Source: a virus
Lineage: Duplodnaviria; Heunggongvirae; Uroviricota; Caudoviricetes
Direction: 5' to 3' (one strand)
Virus record (IMG/VR): IMGVR_UViG_3300017560_000307
DNA length: 64,000 bases
The notes beneath the pieces were generated by a model. That model was given only the letters and a program-made list of their open reading frames with translations. It was not told the DNA's origin and did no database searches. Within the stretch, counting starts at the first letter, position 1. The number at the start of each line of letters is the position of its first letter. The position numbers and the translations under genes are program-made. Below are positions 1 through 9,405 of this stretch, one piece after another.

Positions 1-1092
1 TCACTCCCGAAGCGGCACTCGCCGACCCCCAATAATCTTTACCTTCCCCTCAGGCTTGCAGATCGGGCACTTCCTTCCATACATGCCGACATAGCTTTCC
101 CTGCAGGATGAGCACACCTTCATATTCTTCATGGCGATATCCAAATCCTTCATCCAGTCAATAGCACTTGGCCGGAGGTGAGGGTAGAAGATCTTGTCAT
201 ATTGCCGGTCGAAACACAGTCGGAAGTTTTCCATCAGGATGACGTCCAGCCTGGCAAAGGCGGCCCGGTGTCGCTTACTGGAATTCGTCTCTCCCGCCGC
301 AGGCTCCGGTGGCCATTTCAATTTGTGAGTGGTGACATCATCTGGTCTCACCCCTTTGAAGAGGCTGAATGGTTCTCTCGGAGTAAGAAGGATGTAATGC
401 AGAGCCATAGCTAATCCCCATAGATCCGATTCTATGGTTGGCCGAACGGTGCCGTAGCGGATCTCAGGAGCCAGGAAGTTGCTCTGGAAAAAGACGAACG
501 TCTCCGGAGCGAGTCCATCACGATAGACTCCAGATTTCCCCGGAACGCCGACTGCTGCCCAGTCCATATCGATCAGGTCAATAGGTGGTTTGCAATACAT
601 GTTGTGAAAGAGGATGTTGGGGGGATTGATATCCGTGTGAATGATATGGGCGTTATGAAGGGACGCTACTTGTCTCGCCAGCGATGCCGCAATCAGGAGA
701 CGACTGCCCAAAGAGAGGTTTTTGAACATCGCCACATCAAGGGATTTGGTTTCCCGGCTGCGTTTCACGTTTTGGACCAGTACCCCAAACTTCGTGTCAT
801 CGGTACGTTGGACCGCGGCATGGGGAAGGGCAGGGACGATATACAGGATGCCAGTCCTTTTGTGGAAGCCCTCAACATACTGTTGGAAGTTCAATATCCT
901 GGCCCGGATTTCCGGCTTGGGGGTTTTGTACTCCTTGTATAGGTATGGTGTCGGATTGCCTGTTTTGGCGTCATGGGTAGCGAAGAAATCTGCCCTGCCG
1001 TTCGTCTTGTCCTTGTCGATTGCGCCAATCACATATGGGGAAGCGACGAGTGTTGACTGCATGTTTGTCCTAAGGGAAAAAAGCTGTTCCAT
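1..1092 (-). CDS. Ser/Thr protein kinase-like protein with C-terminal Cys4 zinc ribbon (third gene of vWA-PP2C-kinase triad)
   Basis: Catalytic-loop-like HTDINPPN, APE-like FLAPE, C-terminal CSSC...CPIC. Start overlaps the PP2C stop by 23 nt. Stop codon falls at positions 1-3. Confidence 0.6.
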   Translation of the reverse strand: MEQLFSLRTNMQSTLVASPYVIGAIDKDKTNGRADFFATHDAKTGNPTPYLYKEYKTPKPEIRARILNFQQYVEGFHKRTGILYIVPALPHAAVQRTDDTKFGVLVQNVKRSRETKSLDVAMFKNLSLGSRLLIAASLARQVASLHNAHIIHTDINPPNILFHNMYCKPPIDLIDMDWAAVGVPGKSGVYRDGLAPETFVFFQSNFLAPEIRYGTVRPTIESDLWGLAMALHYILLTPREPFSLFKGVRPDDVTTHKLKWPPEPAAGETNSSKRHRAAFARLDVILMENFRLCFDRQYDKIFYPHLRPSAIDWMKDLDIAMKNMKVCSSCRESYVGMYGRKCPICKPEGKVKIIGGRRVPLRE

Positions 1093-2188
1093 GCTTCATC
1101 CAGTACTCCAGGCAATCCTCGTCAATCAGTACACCTACAGTGCGGTTGTCATGCTTGTGGGTCGTGTTTGAACCACCCTCCACCTCCAGTTCATATCCAC
1201 GAACCCACCTCTCGAGGATGTGATGGACATCCGCATTGGGTGTCTGCTTGTTGGCGAAGTGGTATGCCATCTCGTCGCGGATCATGTAGATGCCGTTCTC
1301 TTCCCGTTGCTTTTCTACTTGCCTTCTTTGACGATTGACGAACCCTACAGCCATCCCGTCGGAGCAAATGGCAAAGAAGTTCCCGGATTCGTGTAACTTG
1401 GGGATCTTCTGGATATCCGGCTTGATATTGGCGGCCGTGCCCAGGGCGTTGTCCATGCGATCGCCGTATTTCCCTCCCTTGGGCAGGTAGTTGCGGGCGT
1501 ATCGACCATCACCGGAGAAATGAAACGCCCCACCGTCTCCAATGCTGCCGAAGACAAAACAATCGGAGAATTCTGCCACCAGCAGCAGAGTGGTGGCGGT
1601 GATTCCATTACCGCTTTGGGCGAGTGAAAGATTGAGTCTCTGGATATCCCTATCGGCCTGGGTAACGGCTTCCCGCACGATGAGCTCAGGCAATTCAGGG
1701 TGGTTCTCGATGTCTTTGAGACCACCGTCCATCACGAATCTCAGGATGGATCCTACAGCTGAGGACACAACCTGATGGGAACCGATCCGGCTCTGACTAA
1801 AGGATCCGATCCCATCGGCCACGGCTATGACATTGCAGCCAGGAAGCTGGAGATGAAAACAGGCATCTTCCTGCCGACCCTCGTGTCCAACAGAGGTTGC
1901 ACTGGCAACGATACCTGACAAAAAGTTGGGCAAATCCTCGGGAGCGGGCGGGATTTGAGGAGAAAAGCTCGGAGCTGGTATTGGATCTTGCCTGGTATCT
2001 TGCTCGGTTGTCTCATCTACATCTGTGGCGGTTGATTCCGCACATTTATCGACCACCACCTCCTGTACCGCAGCAGGAGGTGGTGCTGGCTCGTCTGGAT
2101 CCTCAGGTGAGCTGGTACACGGCTCTTCTTCGGGAGTCTGAGTCATTACTTTTTTCCAATTCCTCACCCATTTGCGGATTCGCCGCAT
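1070..2188 (-). CDS. PP2C-family Ser/Thr phosphatase
   Basis: VIAVADGIGS and ICSDGMAVGF metal-binding DG motifs. Pro/Glu-rich N-terminal linker. ATGA overlap with the upstream vWA gene. Confidence 0.65.
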   Translation of the reverse strand: MRRIRKWVRNWKKVMTQTPEEEPCTSSPEDPDEPAPPPAAVQEVVVDKCAESTATDVDETTEQDTRQDPIPAPSFSPQIPPAPEDLPNFLSGIVASATSVGHEGRQEDACFHLQLPGCNVIAVADGIGSFSQSRIGSHQVVSSAVGSILRFVMDGGLKDIENHPELPELIVREAVTQADRDIQRLNLSLAQSGNGITATTLLLVAEFSDCFVFGSIGDGGAFHFSGDGRYARNYLPKGGKYGDRMDNALGTAANIKPDIQKIPKLHESGNFFAICSDGMAVGFVNRQRRQVEKQREENGIYMIRDEMAYHFANKQTPNADVHHILERWVRGYELEVEGGSNTTHKHDNRTVGVLIDEDCLEYWMKHGTAFFP

Positions 2189-3009
2189 CAGGCAATGGGC
2201 TGTGTTTCATCTACAGCACTTTCGGACCCCTGTTTGGGAGACTCACGAAGCGCGGTAATGGACTTGAGGAGGAAGTCGCGGAGTTGTTTCCCGGACTTTG
2301 GAGTATCGAAGAAATCTGGCCCGGAGGAGACATCCTTCAACAGCTCCTTATCGGCTTTATCTCCGTAGGCAGCACAGGCAATAGTCACCCGTTCCCGGAC
2401 GATAGAGTCGCCCAGGTGGAGGGGCTGGCCGCTGTAATTCGCTTTAATTACGGCCGCCTTGCCTTTGGGATCGGACGATCGATTTTCCCCACCATCAGAC
2501 ACGATAATAATGGTGGCGAATCGTTTATCCTTGCCCCGCTGCCCATTCACTTCCGGATTACTCAGCCACCCATCGGTAATATCGCCCGCCAGGAGTAATG
2601 CCTTGCCAATAGCTGTGCCATCTCCATAGCTGAAATAAGGCGCAAGATCGACATCAGCAAGATAGGCAACTAAATCAGTAGTCGGGTCAACGAGCGGTGC
2701 TGGCCTGGCGACAACGGTTGCCTCATTATCGAAGGCAATAAAGGCCACATGGTAGGCGCGTCGATTTGTGCCTCCAGCCAATGTCGCCATCAGGTTATCC
2801 TTGGCGTTGAATACCTGATTGAGTACCTCTACCGTTTTTGACACTCCCGGAGTCTCCGCATCATTGTCCTCAGACATTGAGGCGGAGGCGTCAATGCAGA
2901 TGACCACCAGCTCATCGAACCAGGGGGGAACCTCAATATCTTCCCAAGGCTCTCCTGACTCGTGTTCAAATGCAGGTTTCCTACGCACTTCCTCCTTGGG
3001 CGGTTCCAT
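2188..3009 (-). CDS. von Willebrand factor A (vWA/TerY-like) domain protein
   Basis: MIDAS motif DASASMS, TAIG, IIVSDGGEN. First gene of a three-gene minus-strand operon. Confidence 0.7.
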   Translation of the reverse strand: MEPPKEEVRRKPAFEHESGEPWEDIEVPPWFDELVVICIDASASMSEDNDAETPGVSKTVEVLNQVFNAKDNLMATLAGGTNRRAYHVAFIAFDNEATVVARPAPLVDPTTDLVAYLADVDLAPYFSYGDGTAIGKALLLAGDITDGWLSNPEVNGQRGKDKRFATIIIVSDGGENRSSDPKGKAAVIKANYSGQPLHLGDSIVRERVTIACAAYGDKADKELLKDVSSGPDFFDTPKSGKQLRDFLLKSITALRESPKQGSESAVDETQPIA

Positions 3010-3194
3010 GACGCACTCCTTGATTATGGCTTCCAGTATTTGTATTCATTTCCCCCAGAGTCTTCATAATACTCGCATGCCCCGGCTTTGCCAACATATA
3101 TCCGAGCCGTTCGGCTGATACAATAGAGATATCCAATACAAGTAACGAAATCTTTGAACACAGACGCCTATGAGCGCCAGTTCTTGACGTACCT

Positions 3195-3881
3195 ATGTCG
3201 CTTTTTACACCCGAAATTATCCAAACCGAACGAAATATCGACTTGACCGACCCCAATGGCAAGGCTGTGGCTGAAGCCCTGATCAATGCTACGACCGCCT
3301 ATGTGAGTCGCTATGTGGGGTATCCGATCGAGCAGGCGGAGCAAACATCCTATTTCTCGGATGGATACTCCCATGTCTGGCTGCCAACCGGGGCTCCTGT
3401 CTCGTCTCTTTCCCTCTCCCGGAAGTCAGGTGGTGGGTACACAGATATCCCCAGTAATACCTATGACTGGTCAGAGAGCGGAGAGATCGAGAGCACCTTT
3501 AGCTGGCCAAGTGGACTGAAAGCGGTCAAGGCTGTCTATACCGCCGGCTGGACGGAGAACACTTTGCCCGGGGATCTACGCGATGCCATGATCGATATGG
3601 TCACGCTCAAATTGCAGCAGATTGCCAACTTCTCGGCTTCCACTACAGACACCACTACCGGTGAGGGGGAAGAGGAGGAGGGCGGTAGCAGCGAAGTAAC
3701 CACCCCGCCAGGTCAGCTGAAGAAATACAGTGTTGATGGCTATACCGAAGAGTATTCGACGGCCCAGACCGACGCGTTTTGGAAGGCACGTTCTGCCCAG
3801 CTCGCCAAATCCATCGGTGACAACATTCCAAGCAGCATCAAGGAGGTCATGGCTCGTTACCGCAAGCCATTCGCTATCTGA
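3195..3881 (+). CDS. phage head-tail connector/adaptor (gp6-like)
   Basis: N-terminus resembles the gp6-like head-tail connector family. It is the first gene of the tail-side late operon. Acidic Gly/Glu-rich linker. Confidence 0.5.
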   Translation: MSLFTPEIIQTERNIDLTDPNGKAVAEALINATTAYVSRYVGYPIEQAEQTSYFSDGYSHVWLPTGAPVSSLSLSRKSGGGYTDIPSNTYDWSESGEIESTFSWPSGLKAVKAVYTAGWTENTLPGDLRDAMIDMVTLKLQQIANFSASTTDTTTGEGEEEEGGSSEVTTPPGQLKKYSVDGYTEEYSTAQTDAFWKARSAQLAKSIGDNIPSSIKEVMARYRKPFAI

Positions 3882-4180
3882 TGCTCAAACATTTGCAAAC
3901 AAACACCACAGTCAGCGTCGTCGACGGCAAGATGCAGTCAGTTGAGGGTATGAGCAGCCTGCCAGCATTCAAAGTCCCATCATCGGCAGAAGTCATTGCG
4001 ATTCGTGAAGTACCGGCAGCCCTGGCTTTCAGCTTCCGCTTCAAAGACGTCTACGACATCACCCACTTTCACTACCTAATGGAAGGCACAACCCGTTACC
4101 GCGTCGTTGGAGTCGAAACCTTTAACACACCCTTCGGCGCCCACACCCGTGTCCATGCCGAGATGAAGGCGGGTACCTGA
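3881..4180 (+). CDS. phage head-tail joining / head-closure-like protein
   Basis: ATGA overlap with the preceding gene. Size and position match a head-closure protein. No direct motif support. Confidence 0.35.
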   Translation: MLKHLQTNTTVSVVDGKMQSVEGMSSLPAFKVPSSAEVIAIREVPAALAFSFRFKDVYDITHFHYLMEGTTRYRVVGVETFNTPFGAHTRVHAEMKAGT

Positions 4181-4182
4181 CC

Positions 4183-4665
4183 ATGATTAGCTACCACCTC
4201 GACATCCAGGGCATGAACAAGCTGCAGGCTGCCTTCCAGCGATCGCCACAACTAACCATGTCCAAACTGACCACCGCCATGAATAAGTCATTGGTGCGAC
4301 TGAAGGCAACCGCCAAGGAACTGGTCCCGGTTGATAACGGCACATTGCGCGGGTCGATTCTGATTGATCCTCTCCAAATATCAGGCAACACAATCATCGG
4401 CACAGTCGGAACAGATCTAAATTATTCCGAGTATCAGGAGAGGGGAACCGGTATCTATGGTCCCTACGGCACCCCGATCCGGCCCAAGACCAAGAAGGTG
4501 CTGGCCTGGCAGAAAAACGGCAAGCGGTACTTCGCCAAGGAAGTCAAAGGTTCTCGCCCGCGCTGGTATATGCGTGGATCTCTCGAACGCAATACCAATG
4601 CGGTTCAGGGTTACTTCGACACTGCGGCCGCAGAAATTGTCCGTGAGCTTGGAGGTGGCGCCTGA
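4183..4665 (+). CDS. HK97 gp10-family tail component
   Basis: LVPVDNGTLRGS motif typical of the HK97 gp10 family. Lies in the late operon. Confidence 0.5.
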   Translation: MISYHLDIQGMNKLQAAFQRSPQLTMSKLTTAMNKSLVRLKATAKELVPVDNGTLRGSILIDPLQISGNTIIGTVGTDLNYSEYQERGTGIYGPYGTPIRPKTKKVLAWQKNGKRYFAKEVKGSRPRWYMRGSLERNTNAVQGYFDTAAAEIVRELGGGA

Positions 4666-5117
4666 TGACCATCATCAAGCCGCTGCGAGACGCAGTCTAT
4701 GACCTGGTCGACGGCATTGACGTCTCTGAGGTTCTGCCTGGTGGGTGGGAGGACAAGAGTAAGCACCCGCCTAAACAAATAACCTACCCGGCATTCTGGG
4801 TAGAACCGCTTAGCAACACCACGACCACACTGGATAGCGCGAGCAACGTCAGCACCTTCACGTTTGGCATCTCAATCACCGAAAGCTATGAGGATTCGCC
4901 AATCGCGGAAGACACCGCTATCGAGTTGGCAGATCTGGTTTATCGCCAGGTGTTGCAAGCCATTGAGAACGGCAGCCCTATTCAGGAAGTCGAAGGTGTG
5001 CTCGATGTCATTCCCAGTGGGCAATGGGCCTTTGACCAACGATATCCAGCGCGGGTCTACCGGATTGATGTTGCCATTCGCGTTGCCGAAGACCGTTACC
5101 AGGATTTAGACCCGTAG
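4665..5117 (+). CDS. tail completion / tail terminator-like protein
   Basis: Call rests on position and size only. Start overlaps the previous stop. Confidence 0.35.
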   Translation: MTIIKPLRDAVYDLVDGIDVSEVLPGGWEDKSKHPPKQITYPAFWVEPLSNTTTTLDSASNVSTFTFGISITESYEDSPIAEDTAIELADLVYRQVLQAIENGSPIQEVEGVLDVIPSGQWAFDQRYPARVYRIDVAIRVAEDRYQDLDP

Positions 5118-5136
5118 GAAGGCGGGAAACACATAT

Positions 5137-5340
5137 ATGAATACCAAAGATACAGAAATCGAAACAATCGAAGAGGCCACTCCCAAGCAGGAACCAAAAG
5201 CAATTGAAGCCCCCAGGACTGACTATTTCTTCCCGAATCAGGACATAGACCTGCCGTTTGGCGGCGAGTTCACCAGCCTCAAAGAAGCCGAGGAAGCAAA
5301 TGCGAAATACATAGCAAAACACAATAAGGAGCACAAATAA
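5137..5340 (+). CDS. hypothetical small acidic protein
   Basis: 67-aa ORF with an RBS-like GGAAGG upstream. Coupled to the next gene. Confidence 0.3.
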   Translation: MNTKDTEIETIEEATPKQEPKAIEAPRTDYFFPNQDIDLPFGGEFTSLKEAEEANAKYIAKHNKEHK

Positions 5341-6322
5341 TGGCTAAGCAACTAGGACGACAACGTTCAACCGGCCTGGGCAAGGAATCCACTTACGGCA
5401 CAGCCGTGGCCGCAACAAACTGGTTCCCCATCCAGGAAAACAGCATCAATGATCGCAAGGCGACCGTCACCGACAACAGCGGTACCGGCACCCGTGATGA
5501 CATCCTCTCTACCGGGATTGATTACCTCTACTCGGATGGCAATATCAATGGTGTGATCTACGACAAACACTTCCCCTTGTAGGTCTGGCAGCCTTCGGAT
5601 CCATCTCTACAGACAACCACGCGACCGCGACTGGAGTAAAGGTCCACAAAATCAACCTGGCCAATACCCTGCCCTCATTCACCATTTCCACCAAGGACGC
5701 CAATGAGTCCGTCCGCTACGCCGGCGCCCTCTGTGGTCAGCTTGAAATATCTGGCGCCATGGGCTCCCTTGCTACCTATGCCAGTCAATGGATGGGCCGC
5801 AAGAGTGTCGCTGAGAGCAATACCAGCGCCGTAACCAAGGGGAATTCTTTCCTTCCTGGTCAGATCAAGCTCTATGTAGCCGACACAGTGGATGCCCTGG
5901 ATGAAGCCACCAAGAGTTGCTTCACTGACTTCACCTTCACCCTCAACAACAACCTGTCCACCAACGGCTGTCTTGGATCCATCGATCCAGACTTCGATCC
6001 GGGTGTGCGTAACCTGGCATTGACGCTCAACAAGACCTATGTCAGCACCGAGTTCAAGGATCTGGTGATGGGTACAACGCCCAAGGCCTTCCGCATCATT
6101 ATGGAGAACACCGATGTGGTGATTGGATCCGCTTCTGAGCCCGAAGCCAACACTCACCCATCCGTGGCCATCGACTTTGAGCCTGGTTTGTTCACCGAAT
6201 GGAGCAGGGAAGGTGGACTGGATGATTTGATGACTGAGTCGATTAACTACCAGCCACTTCATTCCTTCAGCGCTGCCAAGTCATTGACCATGACCATTAC
6301 CAACATGGAGACCAGTTACTAA
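5340..6322 (+). pseudogene. putative major tail protein split across two frames (5340-5582 frame 0, open frame 5522-6322 frame -1)
   Basis: The 80-aa N-terminal ORF ends at TAG 5580-5582. The -1 frame is open from 5522 to 6322 and encodes about 265 aa with no RBS or start of its own. The combined length of about 330 aa and the position before the G/GT chaperone fit a major tail protein. No canonical slippery heptamer is present. A C4 run lies at 5573-5576. Confidence 0.45.
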
Positions 6323-6714
6323 TGAGTGAATCCAAATTCAAGATCCGCACCAAGCGTATTTCCCTTGGCTTTCTCGGCAAGGCCTGGGAAGACGCGGACG
6401 CCTATATCGAGTCGCGTTTTCTAAGCATCCCGGATAGCCGCATCATCCAGAAGAAAGTTGCAACGGTTGGTGATGACGACACCAAAGCGATCGAAGAGAT
6501 GTCGTCTGTCATCAGCCAGTTGTTTGTCTCAGGGAAGACATTGGCTCATGACGGCACATTGGTGGACTTGGCTGCCGATGACATTGAGTTGGCCTTTGAC
6601 GCGTTGGCCATGCTCGAACTCTATGGACGCGTGCTGGGGAATCCTGACCCAAAAGCCTCGCAGCCCTCGACGACTACCACGCCGGTCGAGGCCACGAGCC
6701 AGCCAAGCGTCTAG
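6322..6714 (+). CDS. tail assembly chaperone (gpG-like)
   Basis: Positioned immediately upstream of the tape measure. A slippery heptamer lies 3-proximal with an open -1 frame beyond it. Confidence 0.6.
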   Translation: MSESKFKIRTKRISLGFLGKAWEDADAYIESRFLSIPDSRIIQKKVATVGDDDTKAIEEMSSVISQLFVSGKTLAHDGTLVDLAADDIELAFDALAMLELYGRVLGNPDPKASQPSTTTTPVEATSQPSV

Positions 6715-6926
6715 AGCAACGGTATCGGGCTATTTTCGGCCTCTCGATGGCCGAATTCGAGATTGAGCCGTCAGAGGAATTCCTTTACTGGGCAGCCGAT
6801 CAGGCCGCTGAGTACAAGGCAAAGGCTGAAGCGATGGAAATAATGCAGCAGAGACAGGAAGCGGAGAGTCGAGGACATAGCAGCAACCCGGCGCCGTTTA
6901 TCTCACCAGACCAGGAAGATATGTAG
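6322..6926 (+). CDS. tail assembly chaperone G-T fusion produced by programmed -1 frameshift
   Basis: CCCAAAA (X XXY YYZ) at 6648-6654 in the zero frame. The -1 frame stays open from 6648 to TAG 6924-6926, adding about 92 aa (…PKSLAALDDYHAGRG…PDQEDM). Confidence 0.5.
6648..6654 (+). promoter_or_regulatory. -1 ribosomal slippery heptamer CCCAAAA
   Basis: Zero-frame codons read gaC CCA AAA Gcc. This is the classic G/GT frameshift position. Confidence 0.5.
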
Positions 6927-6936
6927 TAGGAGGCAC

Positions 6937-9399
6937 GTGGCCCAGAACAAAGTCGAAATACAACTCAGCGCCGTTGATAACGCCACTTCCACCTTCAAGA
7001 GTGTAGGAAGTGGAATTAGTGAGCTCAGTGGCCGGATCCAGGAGCTCAAGAAGATCCAGCAGGATGCCGCGCGAAGTATCCTCACCGCTCCCGATACCTC
7101 TTCATGGCTGGAATCCAAGGCTGACTTGAAGAAAGTCACCGAGGACCTCTCTTTGGCAGAGAAGGAGCTGTCCGAGACAACAAAGAGCCTTGGCATCGCG
7201 CAGGACGGCACCGCGCAGTCTTCTTCATCCCTGTTCAAGACATTCACGGTGGGGACGTTGGCGGCGAATGCCATTCAAAAGGGGATCCAACTGGCGACTG
7301 ATGCCATCAAGGCCTCGATAGATGCTGCATCCAACTACGAACGCTCACTGATGGGTCTCAATTCCGCCGGTGCGGCCTTCGGATTTACTGCTAACCAGAT
7401 GAATGCAGCCATAAAGCAAGTCACAGACGATGGCCTACTCGGCTTCTCAACTGCCGCCGTGGCCCTCAAGACACTTCTATCCACCGGTATGGATATAGAT
7501 ACCGCCACAATGTTAATGGCTCGCTTCAAGGATGAAGCTGCGTTTGGTCGTAAGGAGACTCTGACCTATGGTCAAGCAGTGGAAAACCTGGCGCAAGCGT
7601 ATAAGACGCAGAGTTCCACCTTGGGTGATGCTGCTGGTCATACCGATAACTTCTCAAATGCTCTTGAAGTCGGTGCTGCCGCCCTCGGCAAAACCGTTGA
7701 GCAACTCACCGCTGCTGAGACAGAGCAGGCAAAGCTCATCGGCTACATGCAGCAAGGTGCTTATACTGCTGGCGATGCCGCTGTATATATGGATACCTAT
7801 GCAGGCTCAGTCGCTCGGATGGAAGCTGAAGGACAGAAAGCATCGGTTTCGTTGGGCCAAGTGCTTATGCCGGCCGTGGAGTTCACCACTGGGGCTTTTG
7901 CGGACATGCTGCAAAGTGTGAATAAATCAAGCAAAGGTATAGAGATATTCCAGGGGTCGCTCGTCACGATAGTTGCCATCGCCCAGACTGCGATTCAGGT
8001 CTTTGTCGGTCTTGGCCAGGCAATTATGGGGACAGTCCAGGCGATTCTGAGCCGGGATATGAATAAACTCAATGAGGGAATCAATCGCGCCACTCAAGGA
8101 TTCGTCAATATCTGGGAGAATTACGACACCCAGATGAAGAAGATCATGAATAGTGGGGCAGATGCCGCCGCCAATGCTCACAAAGAGTCACTTGATCGCA
8201 TGACTCAAGAAAACGGTGCCGCTTCAGTAAAGATGCAACAACAAATTGACGACGCCACTCGTCAATATCAACGTTCGATGGAGAGCCGTAATCGGTCATT
8301 CCAGGAATCAGTAAAAGACATGGTTATCGCGCACCGCGATAAGTCTCGATCCATTCAGTCGGATATTGCCAAGGAGCAGGCCGCTTACGACGCTGCCAAC
8401 CTCAAGCGCAAAGAGTCCTACGAGGATGACATCGCCTCCCTTGAAGAACGTCACCTGGACAAGGTCCAAGACATCGAGGCGCAAATTGCCGAAGAGCGTG
8501 AGAAGGGACTGGTAGTTGATGGAATTCTTTACCAGGAAGCCAATGAGAAAAAGATAGCCAAGCTGGAAGACCAACTGCGAAATGAGACAGAGACTTACCA
8601 GAAGTCAATAGATAAGCGAAAGGCCCAATACAGCGAAGATGTCTCCGCAGATAAGAAGCGGCATGACGAGAAGCTCTCACAGTTACAGATATCTCTCAAT
8701 GAAGAGCTAGTTATCCTCAACCGTCACCGCGCTGATGTGGCCCAGGTTGGTGAGGCGGTCAAGGAGGACGATCTTTCACGTCTCAAACGCAGCTTTGCCG
8801 AGCAGAACACTGAGGCCGCCCGCAACTACGCAGAACAGCTGGAGAGGATACGAAAGCAAGGTAACGAGTTGGGGATCAGTTATACCAACTCCATGAAGGA
8901 TGGCGTGAGTGCCGGATCTGATAAAGTCAAGGATCAGATTGCCTTCGATTTGAGGCGCGCTGTTTCATCCGGCGGGTTGGTCATTGGTGACGGTGGCAAG
9001 GCTGCAGCCGACACTTTTTGGACTAAATTCAATAAGAGCATCGGTGATGGTGTTGACGAGGCAGGAGAGGGGATAAAGCTCAACCTCGAAAAGGCGATCA
9101 AGTCTGGAGGGCTGGGTATTTCCGGTGGTGTGGATATCTCCAACATCATCTTTGGTGCTACCCCGCGCGCCGGTGGCGGTACCACACGCCCAGGCGAAAC
9201 CACACTGGTTGGCGAACGTGGGCCGGAAATCGCCCAGTTCCCGGCCGGCACCAGGATCATCCCGACCCAGCAAACCCGGCAGATCCTCTCCCAGCAACCT
9301 CAAGGGCGACAAACCACCGTCAATATCGGCACGGTCGTCAACCAAAGCAATATGGATCCCGACGCCTTTTTCAGCGCCCTGGCCTGGCAAATCAGATAG
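6937..9399 (+). CDS. tail tape measure protein
   Basis: 820 aa with a GTG start and SD AGGAGG. Long coiled-coil, Ala/Gln-rich sequence with a Gly-rich C-terminus. Follows the G/GT chaperone. Confidence 0.8.
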   Translation: MAQNKVEIQLSAVDNATSTFKSVGSGISELSGRIQELKKIQQDAARSILTAPDTSSWLESKADLKKVTEDLSLAEKELSETTKSLGIAQDGTAQSSSSLFKTFTVGTLAANAIQKGIQLATDAIKASIDAASNYERSLMGLNSAGAAFGFTANQMNAAIKQVTDDGLLGFSTAAVALKTLLSTGMDIDTATMLMARFKDEAAFGRKETLTYGQAVENLAQAYKTQSSTLGDAAGHTDNFSNALEVGAAALGKTVEQLTAAETEQAKLIGYMQQGAYTAGDAAVYMDTYAGSVARMEAEGQKASVSLGQVLMPAVEFTTGAFADMLQSVNKSSKGIEIFQGSLVTIVAIAQTAIQVFVGLGQAIMGTVQAILSRDMNKLNEGINRATQGFVNIWENYDTQMKKIMNSGADAAANAHKESLDRMTQENGAASVKMQQQIDDATRQYQRSMESRNRSFQESVKDMVIAHRDKSRSIQSDIAKEQAAYDAANLKRKESYEDDIASLEERHLDKVQDIEAQIAEEREKGLVVDGILYQEANEKKIAKLEDQLRNETETYQKSIDKRKAQYSEDVSADKKRHDEKLSQLQISLNEELVILNRHRADVAQVGEAVKEDDLSRLKRSFAEQNTEAARNYAEQLERIRKQGNELGISYTNSMKDGVSAGSDKVKDQIAFDLRRAVSSGGLVIGDGGKAAADTFWTKFNKSIGDGVDEAGEGIKLNLEKAIKSGGLGISGGVDISNIIFGATPRAGGGTTRPGETTLVGERGPEIAQFPAGTRIIPTQQTRQILSQQPQGRQTTVNIGTVVNQSNMDPDAFFSALAWQIR

Positions 9400-9405
9400 G
9401 AGTAT

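Noticed and set aside
5522-5582. Programmed -1 frameshift in the major tail protein gene
   Set aside because: There is no X XXY YYZ slippery heptamer in the 60-nt overlap. The upstream ORF alone, at 80 aa, is too short to be functional. An indel or pseudogene is more parsimonious than programmed recoding.
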